This document shows, in pieces, positions 1-10,381 of a DNA stretch of 64,000 bases (within the stretch, counting starts at the first letter, position 1; each line of letters opens with the position of its first letter). Below the pieces are notes generated by a model, which searched no databases, was not told the origin of the DNA, and saw only the letters and a list, made by a program, of their open reading frames with translations. The stretch is from Clostridiales bacterium (GTDB lineage: Bacteria; Bacillota; Clostridia; TANB77; CAG-508), in the NCBI GenBank assembly GCA_015056485.1, contig SVGD01000005.1, positions 19,799 to 83,798 on the forward strand, given 5' to 3'. The position numbers and the translations under genes are program-made.

Positions 1-1
1 A

Positions 2-1477
2 TTTGAAGCAACATATTTTAATTGGCTTAATAATATTCAAGATTGGTGTATTTCTCGTCAATTATGGTGGGGACATCAAATACCAGCATATTACTGTGAT
101 GAATGTGGAGAAATAAATGTTGCATTAGAAACTCCAGAAAAGTGTTCAAAATGTGGAAGTACAAAATTAACACAGGACCCAGACACATTAGATACATGGT
201 TTAGTTCAGCACTATGGCCTTTTTCTACACTTGGGTGGCCAGAAAAAACAGAAGATTTTGAAACATTCTATCCTACAAATACATTAGTAACAGGATATGA
301 TATAATATTCTTCTGGGTTGTAAGAATGATGTTTTCAGCATTAGAACAAACAGGAGAAGTGCCTTTTAAAGATATATTTATACATGGAATTGTAAGAGAT
401 AGTTTAGGAAGAAAAATGTCAAAATCTTTAGGAAATGGAATTGATCCTTTAGAGATAATAGAGCAATATGGTGCTGATAGTTTAAGATTTTCATTGATAT
501 CAGGTACATCAAGTGGAAATGACATGAGATTCTTACCAGAAAAAATAGAAGCGGCTGGAAATTTTGCCAATAAAATATGGAATGCAGCTAAATTTGTTTT
601 AATGAATTTAGAAGATTACAATGAAAATTATGAAATAGATTATAATAATTTAAAAGAAGAAGATAAATGGATATTATCAAAATTAAATACATTAGCAAAA
701 GAAGTTGAAATTAATATAAACAATTACGATTTAGGTGTAGCTATTGATAAAATACAAGGATTTATATGGAATGAATTCTGTGATTGGTATATTGAAATTG
801 TAAAAACAAGATTATATGCAAAAGAAGATTCTTCAAGACCTGTAGCACAATATGTATTAAATAAAGTATTAGGGGATTCTTTAAAATTATTACATCCATT
901 TATGCCTTTTGTTACAGAAAAAATTTACAAACAATTATATAATAATGATAAAACAATAATGATAGCAAGTTATCCAAAATATGTTCAAGAATTAGACTTC
1001 AAAGAGGCTGAAAAAAATATTGAGCAAATAAAAGAAGCTATTGTTGGAATAAGAAATGTAAGAACAAAAATGAATGTACATCCAGCAAAAAAATCTACAT
1101 TAATATTTATAACTAAAGATTATGCAAAATTTATAGAAGAATCAGCAGAATTTATAAAGAAATTAGGATTTGCAGAAAATATTGAAATTAGAGAAAAAAG
1201 AATAGCTATTCCTAAAAATGCTGTTAATGTTGTAACTTCAGAACTTGAAATATTTATACCATTTGAAGATTTAGTAGATATTAAAGAAGAAATAGCAAGA
1301 TTAGAAAAAGAGAAAGAAAAAATATTAGTTGAAAAAGCAAAAACTGATAAAATGTTATCAAGTGAAGGATTCATAGCAAAAGCACCACCAGCAAAAGTAG
1401 AAGAAGAAAGACAAAAACTTATAAAATTTAATGAAATGATAGAAACAATAGATGAAAGAATTAAAAGTTTAACATAA
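2..1477 (+). CDS. valS: Valyl-tRNA synthetase, C-terminal part (5' end upstream of window)
   Basis: Frame open from base 2 ([31 protein letters not shown]...). KMSKS loop (RKMSKSLGN) and C-terminal coiled coil. The ORF track shows only the part after Met at 326. Confidence 0.95.
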   Translation, partial: FEATYFNWLNNIQDWCISRQLWWGHQIPAYYCDECGEINVALETPEKCSKCGSTKLTQDPDTLDTWFSSALWPFSTLGWPEKTEDFETFYPTNTLVTGYDIIFFWVVRMMFSALEQTGEVPFKDIFIHGIVRDSLGRKMSKSLGNGIDPLEIIEQYGADSLRFSLISGTSSGNDMRFLPEKIEAAGNFANKIWNAAKFVLMNLEDYNENYEIDYNNLKEEDKWILSKLNTLAKEVEININNYDLGVAIDKIQGFIWNEFCDWYIEIVKTRLYAKEDSSRPVAQYVLNKVLGDSLKLLHPFMPFVTEKIYKQLYNNDKTIMIASYPKYVQELDFKEAEKNIEQIKEAIVGIRNVRTKMNVHPAKKSTLIFITKDYAKFIEESAEFIKKLGFAENIEIREKRIAIPKNAVNVVTSELEIFIPFEDLVDIKEEIARLEKEKEKILVEKAKTDKMLSSEGFIAKAPPAKVEEERQKLIKFNEMIETIDERIKSLT

Positions 1478-1483
1478 TAAAAT

Positions 1484-1507
1484 GTGGGGCGACCATTGGT
1501 CGTCCGC
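1484..1507. repeat. REP-like GC-rich hairpin unit (GTGGGGCGACCATTGGTCGTCCGC) followed by a T-run; likely valS terminator
   Basis: Same unit as at 22377 and 22508. Stem GGCGACC/GGTCGTCC followed by TTTTTTT. Confidence 0.7.
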
Positions 1508-1596
1508 TTTTTTTACTCCAACTACCAAATTCCATGTGATATTGTTCTAAAACCAATTTTTCAGAATATATTTAGCAATAAAGGAGATGATATTTA

Positions 1597-1995
1597 ATGT
1601 TTAATATAGGTAAGGAAGAGAATGATTTTAGTAATTTTAATTTTATAAATATACTTAAAGCAACAGGTGTTGCAATAGTGTTTACAATTATTTTATTATT
1701 CATTTATTCAATAATTTTAACTTATACAAACACACCAGAAGCAAGTATACCAACAGTGATAATTATAATAACCGGAATAAGTATATTAATTGCAAGTCAA
1801 ATGGCAACAAGAAAGTTAAAGAAAAATGGAATTATTAATGGGGGAGTAGTTGGATTAATATACATATTAGGTATATATTTGATTTCAAGTATAATAACAG
1901 GTAATTTTGGTTTTGATTTACAATCAATAATTATGTGCATTACAAGCATTTTAGTAGGTTGTTTAGGCGGAATTATAGGTATAAATATGAAATAG
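1597..1995 (+). CDS. Small integral membrane protein (4 predicted TM segments; TIGR04086/YrzE-like)
   Basis: 132-aa hydrophobic ORF with GGAG RBS 8 nt upstream of the ATG. Confidence 0.6.
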   Translation: MFNIGKEENDFSNFNFINILKATGVAIVFTIILLFIYSIILTYTNTPEASIPTVIIIITGISILIASQMATRKLKKNGIINGGVVGLIYILGIYLISSIITGNFGFDLQSIIMCITSILVGCLGGIIGINMK

Positions 1996-2081
1996 TAAAA
2001 TTTATAAAAAAACATATTGATATTTAAAATTTTTTAATATAGAATAGTTAAAGTATAATTTATAAGAGTGGAGGAATTATA

Positions 2082-3434
2082 GTGAAAACTTATGAAAAAA
2101 TAACAATAGTAACAATTGTGTTATCTATAGTAGTTCTAGTGCTTGCTGCATTTTTTGGCGTATATGTATTAAAAACTTTTAAGGTATCAAATATAATACC
2201 AGATTATAAATTTGGAATGGAATTTGACGAGAAACGAATTGCAAAATATGAAGTAGATAATTCTATAAAAGAAAGTATAATATATGATAGTGAAGGAAAC
2301 TTAGTTGAACAAGAAGAAGGGATAGAATATACTGAAGAAGATGGATATAAAACAGTAGATATAATGATGAATGATGAATCAGTATTAACAATAGAAAATT
2401 ATAAAAAATCTAAAGAATTGTTTAAAACAAAATTATCATCTCTTGGTGCATCTCAATATTCAATAAAATTAAATGAGAACAACGGAGAAATAAGAGTTGA
2501 AATTCCAGAAGATGATAATACAGATTATATTTTAGGTAATTTAGGACAAACTGGTGATTTTTCAATAACAGATTATCAAACAGGAGAAGTTTTATTAAAT
2601 AATGAAAATTTAGATTTTGCTAATGTAACTTATGGGGCAGGAGAGGATTTGAACTCAACAGTTGTATATCTATATTTACAGTTTGACGAAGAAGGAACAA
2701 GAAGATTAAAAGATATTACTTCAACATATGTTGACAGTGAAGATGAAGAAAATGGTAAATATGTAAATGTAGTAATTAATGGACAAACATATTTAGAAAA
2801 AAATTCATTTCCAGAAGAATATTCAGATGGGAAATTATATTTAACTTTTGGAACTTCACAGGATTCAGATACAATACAAGAATATATTGATAGTGCTACA
2901 GCAATTGCTAATAATTTAAATGCAGGAGTTAATCCAATAGTTTATAATTATATATCAGAAACGAAAGAAGCTACAATTGATAATGATTTATTAAACATAA
3001 CATTATATATATTTATAGCTTTAAATGTTATAAGTTTTGTTTATTTTATAATTAAATTTAAAAAAGAAGGATTTATGGCTGCACTATTGCAATTAGGATA
3101 TATTGCTGTATTATCACTAGTGTTACGAGTTTTAGGTATTACACTTACAATAGAAGGTATAATTGGTATAATAGTTTCTATTATTTTAAATTATATGTTT
3201 ATTTGCATGGCTTATAATTCAGAGAGAACAACGAAAAAATTTATAAAAGAAATATTTACTACATTTGCATTAAGAACAATTCCAATGTATATAATTGCTA
3301 TAATATTTACTTTTACAGGACTATTGCATACAAGCAGTTTAGGTATGACTTTAGTGTGGGGAATAATTACAATATATTTATATAATATTATTTTTACAAA
3401 TATAGTATTAAAACTTGTAAAAAAGGAGGCTTAA
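2082..3434 (+). CDS. Divergent SecD-like membrane protein
   Basis: GTG start after GGAGG. N-terminal TM, large extracytoplasmic domain and C-terminal TM bundle. LGITLTIEGIIGIIVSI parallels SecD GATLTLPGIAGIILSIG, but the following GMAVDANV motif is not conserved. Confidence 0.5.
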   Translation: MKTYEKITIVTIVLSIVVLVLAAFFGVYVLKTFKVSNIIPDYKFGMEFDEKRIAKYEVDNSIKESIIYDSEGNLVEQEEGIEYTEEDGYKTVDIMMNDESVLTIENYKKSKELFKTKLSSLGASQYSIKLNENNGEIRVEIPEDDNTDYILGNLGQTGDFSITDYQTGEVLLNNENLDFANVTYGAGEDLNSTVVYLYLQFDEEGTRRLKDITSTYVDSEDEENGKYVNVVINGQTYLEKNSFPEEYSDGKLYLTFGTSQDSDTIQEYIDSATAIANNLNAGVNPIVYNYISETKEATIDNDLLNITLYIFIALNVISFVYFIIKFKKEGFMAALLQLGYIAVLSLVLRVLGITLTIEGIIGIIVSIILNYMFICMAYNSERTTKKFIKEIFTTFALRTIPMYIIAIIFTFTGLLHTSSLGMTLVWGIITIYLYNIIFTNIVLKLVKKEA

Positions 3435-3435
3435 A

Positions 3436-4059
3436 ATGTTAAAAAATAAGAAGATAGTTTTTTCATTAATAGTTGTTGTTGCAATAACAATTTGGGGTGT
3501 AATATCAATAGTAACAAAAGGATTTGATTATTCATTAGAATATAGTGCAAACACAGAAATGGAAATTGCAACAGGAATTAAAGATATACAAACAAATGCA
3601 ATAAAAGAAATTGTAGATTCAATTCTTCAAAATGAAAATAGTATGGTACAAGTAAATGATGAAAATGTGTATATAATTTCAAAAAATATTTCTGAAGAGC
3701 AACAATCTGAGATTTTAAGTAAAATAAATGAGAAATATTCAATAAATGCAACTAAAGAAGAGATAACAGTAAATGAAAATATGGTAATAGATTATTGGGA
3801 TATTGTATATAGATATATATCACCAATTATAATAGTAACAGTAATTATATTAATATATTTTGGAATAAAATATAGAAAACAAAATTGGATAAAGGTAATA
3901 GGAATAAGTTTAGGTACATTAATAATTCTTGAATTACTTGCTATTAGTATTATAGCTATAGTGAGAATACCATTAAGCATATATACAATACCAGTATTAC
4001 TAGGACTATATCTATTAACAATTTTAGTGTTAACATATATATTTGAAAAAAATAAATAG
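3436..4059 (+). CDS. Membrane protein in the SecF position (weak similarity)
   Basis: Start 2 nt after the SecD-like stop. N-terminal TM, soluble domain and C-terminal TM segments. SecF motifs not recognisable. Confidence 0.35.
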   Translation: MLKNKKIVFSLIVVVAITIWGVISIVTKGFDYSLEYSANTEMEIATGIKDIQTNAIKEIVDSILQNENSMVQVNDENVYIISKNISEEQQSEILSKINEKYSINATKEEITVNENMVIDYWDIVYRYISPIIIVTVIILIYFGIKYRKQNWIKVIGISLGTLIILELLAISIIAIVRIPLSIYTIPVLLGLYLLTILVLTYIFEKNK

Positions 4060-4138
4060 TAACAAAAAACAAAAATCTCTAATAAAATATATTAGAGATT
4101 TTTTTATTAGGAATGTTTAAATAAATTTAATTTTATAT

Positions 4139-4220
4139 GTAGGGGCAGACGTCTTACCCCAAGGGCATGTGATATCCGTAACCTCATTATATTCGGACGG
4201 CTATCCGAACGGCTGCCCTA
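4139..4220. repeat. Long GTAG-headed GC-rich repeat element (same family as 53811..53893)
   Basis: GTAGGGGCAGACG...ACCCCAAGGGCATGTGATATCCGTA...CCGAACGGCTGCCCTA. It shares ACCCCAAGGGCATGTG and CCGAACGGC blocks with the copy between rpmC and rpsQ. Confidence 0.75.
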
Positions 4221-4275
4221 TAATTGAATGTGAAAATTCTTATAAAAGAATAAATTTACTATCGGAGATGACTGT

Positions 4276-4599
4276 ATGAAAGTAATAGACGTAATAAAAA
4301 AAATAAGAAAAAGGTATTCAGAAGATATTACAATAAATGAATCAAAAATGATTATAAATAAAAATGATAATGTAGTTTTATTAGATGTAAGAAGTAGCCA
4401 AGAATTTAATGAAGGACATTTAATAAATGCAATTAATATACCATTATATGAATTAGAAGCTCGAGTTGAAAGTAGAATAAAAGATAAAAGTACCATAATA
4501 ATTGCTTATTGTTCAGCAGGAATAAGAAGTAAAAAAGCTGTAAAAATATTAAAAAAACTAAAGTATAGTAATGTTTTTAATATTAAAGAAGGTGTTTAA
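4276..4599 (+). CDS. Rhodanese-domain sulfurtransferase
   Basis: 107 aa. Active-site loop AYCSAGIRSKKA and typical LLDVRSSQEFNEGHLINAINIP. Confidence 0.85.
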   Translation: MKVIDVIKKIRKRYSEDITINESKMIINKNDNVVLLDVRSSQEFNEGHLINAINIPLYELEARVESRIKDKSTIIIAYCSAGIRSKKAVKILKKLKYSNVFNIKEGV

Positions 4600-4623
4600 A
4601 AACACCTTCTTTTTATATTAATT

Positions 4624-4857
4624 TTATAATTTTAAATCTATATTAGGTAAAGAATTATTTGCAATAAATCTATTTATATTGTTAATAGCTATACCTGTAC
4701 CAATAGATAAATCTTCTGCAGAAGTTATATTTATATTTTCATCAATAAAATTAGTTAATCTTGAAATATCAGCCCTATCTCTAACTTGGCAATTACAACA
4801 AACATCATTATCAGATATAAAGAATGAGCCACATCTTAAACATTTTTTAAATTCCAT
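4624..4857 (-). CDS. Small zinc-ribbon protein, YvyF/TIGR03826-like
   Basis: MEFKKCLRCGSFF...CCNC N-terminal CxxC...CxC pattern, 77 aa, GGAGG RBS. Confidence 0.45.
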   Translation of the reverse strand: MEFKKCLRCGSFFISDNDVCCNCQVRDRADISRLTNFIDENINITSAEDLSIGTGIAINNINRFIANNSLPNIDLKL

Positions 4858-4993
4858 TACAAAAACCTCCTAAGTTAAAACAATGCGATTTAATTTATCT
4901 TTTGTTTTGAACAACAATAATATAAAAATATTGTATCAGATAAAAACAAAAAAAGAAAGAAAATTTTACAAAAAATTTAAAAATATTTCCCAG

Positions 4994-5018
4994 TTCACAC
5001 CTCACACCTCTCACTTCC
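4994..5018. repeat. Solo pyrimidine arm of the heptamer-repeat hairpin family
   Basis: TTCACACCTCACACCTCTCACTTCC. It matches the right arms at 7115..7164 and 26306..26335, but no partner arm is nearby. Confidence 0.55.
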
Positions 5019-5121
5019 AAAAATAATTTGCTTTGTTTGTAATATTTCGTAATATTTTAAATCACCAAAATTTTTTTACTGCATAAAATATAGCAAAAAC
5101 ATATCATGGAGGTAAATATTT

Positions 5122-5478
5122 ATGAATACAATATTATTATTTGTCGCAATTCCAATATTGGTTATAGTTGTAACAATTATTTTAGAAAAACTATTAAATA
5201 ATCCTTTATTAATTGCTGCACTGGTTTTTGCAGTTTTCTTGGTTGTAACTTTTGCAATTGGTGATATAACATTATTAATCGCAGCCTTTGCCTATGCATT
5301 ACTTGCTTTATTAACTGCTTTAGCAGTTAGAGCATTTTGTTGTCTAAAAAGATTGCTATGTAGAGAATCTAATGAAAATAATAATAATTTATGTGATACA
5401 TTAGCAGAAAGTATAGATAACAATAATAATTTATGTAATAACAATAATTGTGGGTGTAATAGACATAGGGGAAGATAA
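5122..5478 (+). CDS. Hypothetical membrane protein with Asn/Cys-rich tail
   Basis: 118 aa with GGAGG RBS. Two or three TM segments, then NNNNLC repeats. Confidence 0.5.
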   Translation: MNTILLFVAIPILVIVVTIILEKLLNNPLLIAALVFAVFLVVTFAIGDITLLIAAFAYALLALLTALAVRAFCCLKRLLCRESNENNNNLCDTLAESIDNNNNLCNNNNCGCNRHRGR

Positions 5479-5512
5479 TATCTAATTTGTGGAAAGAATT
5501 AATTGCAACATT

Positions 5513-5561
5513 GTAGGGGCAGGTCTTGACCTGCCCAGCGTCGGTCAAGACCGACCCCTAC
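5513..5561. repeat. REP doublet (REPIN-like): GTAGGGG-hairpin / hairpin-CCCCTAC
   Basis: GTAGGGGCAGGTCTTGACCTGCCC AGC GTCGGTCAAGACCGACCCCTAC. Two GC-rich palindromes in inverted orientation. Confidence 0.8.
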
Positions 5562-5667
5562 AAACATCAAAATTCCAAATACCAAAAACAAAATAATTAA
5601 ATATTTCCACTTGCTTAAAATAATGCAATGTAATATAATTTCATAAAAGTAAAGAAGGTGTTATTTT

Positions 5668-6267
5668 ATGCAAGAAGGAATTGCAGTTTTTGGTGGTTCA
5701 TTCAATCCACCATTAAATTCACATTTTTTGTTAGCTGAGCAAGTATTAAATGAAATGAGTTTTATAAAAAAGGTTATTTTTGTTCCAGTAAGTACTAAGT
5801 ATAATAAAAAAGGTCTTATTTCAAACGAAGATAGATTTAATATGGTAAAAAGTGTTTGTGAAAAAAATGAGCTCTTTGAAGTATCAGATGTTGAGTTAAA
5901 AGATGCTGTTCAACCTTTTACAGTTGAAACATTAAATTATTTAAGTCAAAAATATCATCAAACTTTATATTTTGTAATAGGAACAGATAACTTAAGACAA
6001 TTAAAAACATGGAATAAGGCAGATGAACTAGTAACAAAATATAAATTTATAATATTAGAACGTGATGAGGATAAAATGGATGAAATAATTAGAGCTGATG
6101 ACTTTTTAAGTAAATATAGACAAGCATTCATAAAATTTAATAATCCAATAAGAACAAATTTAAGTTCAAGTTATGTGAGAGCTCAAATAAAAGAGGGGAA
6201 AAGTATAAAATATTTAACTCCAGATTCTGTAATAGATTATATAAAAGAAAGGGAATTATATAAATGA
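5668..6267 (+). CDS. nadD: Nicotinate-nucleotide adenylyltransferase
   Basis: GGSFNPPLNSH nucleotidyltransferase motif, 199 aa. Overlaps nadE by 4 nt (ATGA). Confidence 0.9.
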   Translation: MQEGIAVFGGSFNPPLNSHFLLAEQVLNEMSFIKKVIFVPVSTKYNKKGLISNEDRFNMVKSVCEKNELFEVSDVELKDAVQPFTVETLNYLSQKYHQTLYFVIGTDNLRQLKTWNKADELVTKYKFIILERDEDKMDEIIRADDFLSKYRQAFIKFNNPIRTNLSSSYVRAQIKEGKSIKYLTPDSVIDYIKERELYK

Positions 6268-7016
6268 TAACAAATATTGAAAAAGAAGTTGAAAATATAG
6301 TTTATTGGATTAAAAATCATATAAAAGAAACAGGCGCTAGTGGTGTTGTTATTGGTAATAGTGGTGGAAAAGATTCTGCAGTTGTAATAGCTCTAGTAAC
6401 AAAAGCTATTGGAAAAGAAAAAGTATTAACAATAGCTATGCCATGCAATTCAACAGCTAAAGATTTAGATGATGCAAAAGCTGTTGCAGACAAATTTGAA
6501 GTTCCAATGTTAGAAATAGAGTTAACAGATGTATATAATGAATTAGAAGAAGTCGTTAATAATGAATTAAAAAATAATAATATAGTTAAAGAAATATCTG
6601 AAGAGGGGAAAATAAATGTAAAACCAAGGTTAAGAATGACAACATTATATTCTATTGCACAAACATTAAATTATTTGGTTGTAGGTACAGGTAATAGATG
6701 TGAGATATTTGTAGGATACACAACAAAGTGGGGGGATAGTGCAAGCGATTTTAATCCGATAGCAGATTATACAGTAGAAGAGGTACTACAAATAGGAGAA
6801 TATTTAGGCGTACCTGAAACAATAATAAAAAAATCTCCAAGTGATGGATTAGGAAGTAAAACAGACGAAGAAAAGATGGGGGTTACATATAAACAGATAA
6901 CAGAGTATATTGAAACAAACCAAACGGATGAAGAGGCAATGAAAAAAATTGAAAATATGCACAAAAAATCAGAACATAAAAGAAAACCGATATCAGTATA
7001 TAAGAGAAATGGATAA
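6264..7016 (+). CDS. nadE: NH3-dependent NAD+ synthetase
   Basis: PP-loop GNSGGKDSAVV, 250 aa, coupled to nadD. Confidence 0.9.
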   Translation: MITNIEKEVENIVYWIKNHIKETGASGVVIGNSGGKDSAVVIALVTKAIGKEKVLTIAMPCNSTAKDLDDAKAVADKFEVPMLEIELTDVYNELEEVVNNELKNNNIVKEISEEGKINVKPRLRMTTLYSIAQTLNYLVVGTGNRCEIFVGYTTKWGDSASDFNPIADYTVEEVLQIGEYLGVPETIIKKSPSDGLGSKTDEEKMGVTYKQITEYIETNQTDEEAMKKIENMHKKSEHKRKPISVYKRNG

Positions 7017-7047
7017 AAGTTAATTTTTGAGAAGGAAACTTTTTTTT

Positions 7048-7164
7048 GAAGTGAGAAGTGGGATGTGAGAAGTGTGAAAAATAGGGTAAACTCTACGAAG
7101 AATAACTCTAAAATCGCACCTCGCACCTCGCACCTCGCACCTCGCACTTCACACCTCACACTTC
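7048..7164. repeat. Heptamer-repeat hairpin (GAAGTGR x4 ... CRCACYT x7)
   Basis: Left arm GAAGTGAGAAGTGGGATGTGAGAAGTGTGA. Right arm CGCACCT x4, CGCACTT, CACACCT, CACACTT. Lies downstream of nadE. Confidence 0.75.
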
Positions 7165-7234
7165 AAAAATAAATTAAATACAATAATAAAAGAGTGATGA
7201 AAAATCACTCTTTTGCTTAAATTCCAAAATCCAA

Positions 7235-8091
7235 CTACATTTCAATAAACTTATAAACCGCTTCTGCAAAACCACCTGTTTCTACAGAGTTTTTTGTTAT
7301 ATATGTTGCAACACTTTTTAATTCATCGTATCCGGTTAGCAACTGAAACACCAATACCAGAATTTTTAACCATATCTAAATCATTTAAATTATCTCCAAT
7401 TGCCATTACTTCATTTGAGTTAATATTCAGATATTTTTGAAGAATCTTTAATGCATTATCTTTATTTATATTCTTTGGAGTTATATCTAAATATTCATAT
7501 TCTTTATTTATAATATTATCCTTGTATTCACCATATTTTTTTATTGTGGTAATTGAAACATCTAATTTTGAAACAATATTTTCTTTTATAGTATTTAAGC
7601 TTTTTGAACTAGAAATAACTAATTTACAAACTTCTACATTATTACAAGATATATATTCTGCAATATCATTTACCATAATAAAATCTAAAGAAGAATCATA
7701 TAAGCTTTGTTGTTTTAATTTAAAATTTCTTAAATCCATATATTCTAATTTTTCAGTAATGACTTCCTTATCTGTATATATATGAACATGTAGGTTATTT
7801 GCTTTTGCAATACTAATGCATTTATTTATTTCTTCTAAAGTTAGTAATTTTTTATATATTTCTTTTCCAGTTTTTAAATCTATAATTTGATTTCCGTTAC
7901 CAAAAATTCCGATAGCTAGCATTAAATTTAGAGCATAGTCCTTTAATTATTGGGTATGTTTTTCCAGTACAAATAACAAAATCTATATTTTTTTTATTTA
8001 TATCATTTATAGCTTTTATATTTGTTTCATAAATTAAGCCTGATTTATCGATTATAGTTCCATCTAAATCACTAGCAACTAATTTAATCAT
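7235..8091 (-). CDS. Cof-type HAD-IIB phosphatase, reading frame interrupted twice at CGG-A (recoded gene or pseudogene)
   Basis: N-terminus MIKLVASDLDGTIID (DxDGT). Pieces 8091..7912, 7910..7335 and 7333..7235 join to a 284-aa Cof protein (...FNASY|GIFGNGNQ... and ...GVSVAN|GYDELKSVATYITKNSVETGGFAEAVYKFIEM) if one base is skipped at each CGG (7909..7911, 7332..7334). Confidence 0.65.
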
Positions 8092-8162
8092 TTTTTACTA
8101 CCTCCAAACATTAAATATTATACCATAATAATAACAGAAAAGCAAAAGTTTTACATAAAATG

Positions 8163-8191
8163 TTGCAATTTTGTCGAATTTTTTATATAAT
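8163..8191 (+). promoter_or_regulatory. Sigma-A type promoter upstream of the PFK-like gene
   Basis: TTGCAA, 17 nt spacer, TATAAT. Confidence 0.5.
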
Positions 8192-8298
8192 ACTGTAAAT
8201 ACTGAAAGGTAAGAAGTTACTGGGAGGTCAGCAGTTACTAAATTTATCAGTATTAAAATTTGGACACTTGTTCAAATAATTTTATGGAGGTGCTTATC

Positions 8299-9438
8299 TT
8301 GGCAAAGGCAGAAATTCCGTACAATGCTATGAATAAAATTAACATCGCGATTATGTACGGTGGAGGACAGATTCCGGAGGCAAACTCCCTGATGGGAGCA
8401 ATCGCAACGTTACTTCTTCGGAGGAAAGAGTTTGGCAATGTTTACGGTATTCACCAGAGCTATGCAGGCATGGCAAATGAAAAATGCTATGAACTCCTGA
8501 CAGAAGCAAAGGTGAGCGTATTTGAAGATCAAATCGGCACATATTTTGGTACATGTCGAAATTTTGATCCTTCTGCTGAAGAAAATTTTCCGTGGATTCT
8601 TCAACAGCTTAAGGCACATGACATTCATGCTTTGATTGTTTGCGGAGGCGATGGTTCATTCAGAGCGGGAAGAGATATGGAAAGGAAATTAAAAGAAGCT
8701 AATTATCCCTTAAATATGTTTTTCTTCCCGTGCACAATCGACGGTATCAAGGGCAGTAAATCAATTGGCACAAAGGCAGCGGTTAAGCAGACATATGAAA
8801 GAGCAATCTATGTGGCTGCAAATGCATGGGCTACTTTTGACTATGGTTTGAAAGGCCCGAGAGTAGCAGTTATTGAGGCTATGGGCCGAAATCGTGATAC
8901 TATTCTCTGCGAAGTATTAAAACTCATAAAGAAAGAAGGCAAAATCGGTAAATTCAAGTTGGAAGATATCCGACTTATTGCATTACCTTCAGACCACAAG
9001 TGGAGTGTTGAAGCTTTGGTAAAAGAGGTTAACAATTCAGAAGTACCCACATTGATTATGGCATCTGAAGGTGCTTTTCCCAAAGAAAAGTGGTTTAAGC
9101 TTATCGATGTAACAAATGGTGTTGCGAAAAAAATTGCGGCATTGATTGACATTGAACAGCAGAAGAGAGCCAATGCGGATGTGATTGGTTACTTGAGCCA
9201 GTCGAATTCTTTCGGACTTGAGTGCAGAGAAATCTATGAAGATTATCTTCCGTGGATAGAATGTCTCAATAATGAAATTGCTAATTTTTCCTCATATTCA
9301 GAGGCTCAGGCAATTATCTGCGAATGCGGTGTTCATTGTGTACCCTTGACTTATATGGCGGATTTGAATCCGAATTCGAAGGCAATTGTTACGCTTTCGC
9401 CTGAGGATAAAGAAATTCTCAAAGATTTCCTGATTTGA
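8299..9438 (+). CDS. Divergent phosphofructokinase-family (PfkA-fold) protein in a G+C-richer insert
   Basis: Motifs IMYGGGQ, LIVCGGDGSFRAG, PCTIDGIKGS (versus canonical PKTIDNDI) and EAMGRNRD. Likely TTG start at 8299, 6 nt after GGAGGTG (the ORF is open from 8260). Codon usage is visibly unlike the neighbours (GCG, CCG and CGG used). Confidence 0.7.
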   Translation: MAKAEIPYNAMNKINIAIMYGGGQIPEANSLMGAIATLLLRRKEFGNVYGIHQSYAGMANEKCYELLTEAKVSVFEDQIGTYFGTCRNFDPSAEENFPWILQQLKAHDIHALIVCGGDGSFRAGRDMERKLKEANYPLNMFFFPCTIDGIKGSKSIGTKAAVKQTYERAIYVAANAWATFDYGLKGPRVAVIEAMGRNRDTILCEVLKLIKKEGKIGKFKLEDIRLIALPSDHKWSVEALVKEVNNSEVPTLIMASEGAFPKEKWFKLIDVTNGVAKKIAALIDIEQQKRANADVIGYLSQSNSFGLECREIYEDYLPWIECLNNEIANFSSYSEAQAIICECGVHCVPLTYMADLNPNSKAIVTLSPEDKEILKDFLI

Positions 9439-9458
9439 TGTAGCCAAACAGCACAATC

Positions 9459-9498
9459 GGGTGGACTGGTTTTCCAGTCTGCCCGATATTCTTTTTTT
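9459..9498 (+). terminator. Intrinsic terminator of the PFK-like gene
   Basis: ATCGGGTGGACTGG TTTT CCAGTCTGCCCGAT followed by a T-run. Confidence 0.7.
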
Positions 9499-9614
9499 TG
9501 ATATATAATAATACCTGGTATCTCCTCTTTAAAAGTTGACATAATATTAAAAAGATGATATAATAACAATGAGGGTATTTTATCATCAAATAAAAATTTT
9601 TAGAGGTGATATTT

Positions 9615-10253
9615 ATGGAAAGTATAAATTTTAATAAAAAGTTTATATTAATAATTTTGCTAATGGGGATTATATTTTGTATTTTTTTAAGTACAAATGT
9701 AAATGCAGTAAATTATGATTTTGAATATAGAATGGCATTAGAAAATATAGATTTTTATGACGATAGTGGTAATAAACTAGGAATTGTAATTAATCAAGGA
9801 GAATATTTATATGTACGTCCTGAATTGTATGGTAAAACAATTAACAATCAATTTTTTGTACAAACTCTTTTTCAAGCAAATACAGTTTATATTAAAGAAA
9901 ATGATTTAAGTTTTAATAATAGTACTCAAGTGTATATTACTAAGGAAACAACAAATCTTTATGATCTTGGTGGAAATGTAATTGGAAAGATAGATAAAAA
10001 TGTTGAAGTTGATGTGGCTAATCGTAAAGAAAATGGTTTTTATAATGTTTCAATAGATGGATATATATTAGCTAGTAATTTACAACCTGACCCAGGTCAA
10101 GTTGGAGATTTAGGTCAAGAAGGTGGCGAGGATCCAGTGCGTGTAGATGAAGGTGGAAATGTTATTACAGTCATAACTAAAGGACTATTGAAATTATTAT
10201 TTGAGACATTACCAAAAATGTTAGTTAATTTATTTAATAATATAAATTTATAA
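9615..10253 (+). CDS. Secreted protein with two SH3b-like repeats (hypothetical)
   Basis: ATG at 9615 after AGAGGTGA. Signal peptide ...STNVNA. Repeated D-x-GN-x-(L/I)G-x-(V/I) segments. Confidence 0.45.
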   Translation: MESINFNKKFILIILLMGIIFCIFLSTNVNAVNYDFEYRMALENIDFYDDSGNKLGIVINQGEYLYVRPELYGKTINNQFFVQTLFQANTVYIKENDLSFNNSTQVYITKETTNLYDLGGNVIGKIDKNVEVDVANRKENGFYNVSIDGYILASNLQPDPGQVGDLGQEGGEDPVRVDEGGNVITVITKGLLKLLFETLPKMLVNLFNNINL

Positions 10254-10381
10254 AATGGTATTTTAATAAAAACTCTTAAATATTTATATTTAAGAGTTTT
10301 ATTATGTTTAAATATTTCAAATGTATAACCTTGAAAATAAGATGATTTTATAATATAATCTAGCCAATAAAGGAGAAAAAA

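Noticed and set aside
7048-7164. Short direct repeats (CGCACCT x4 and similar) as a CRISPR array
   Set aside because: The repeats are contiguous 7-mers without spacers, they form the two arms of a hairpin, and no cas genes are in the window.
8260-9438. Calling this gene the housekeeping glycolytic pfkA
   Set aside because: The composition is foreign, the catalytic TIDND loop is altered, and it contains a CGG context that native genes do not tolerate in frame. It is kept as a PFK-family protein of uncertain function.
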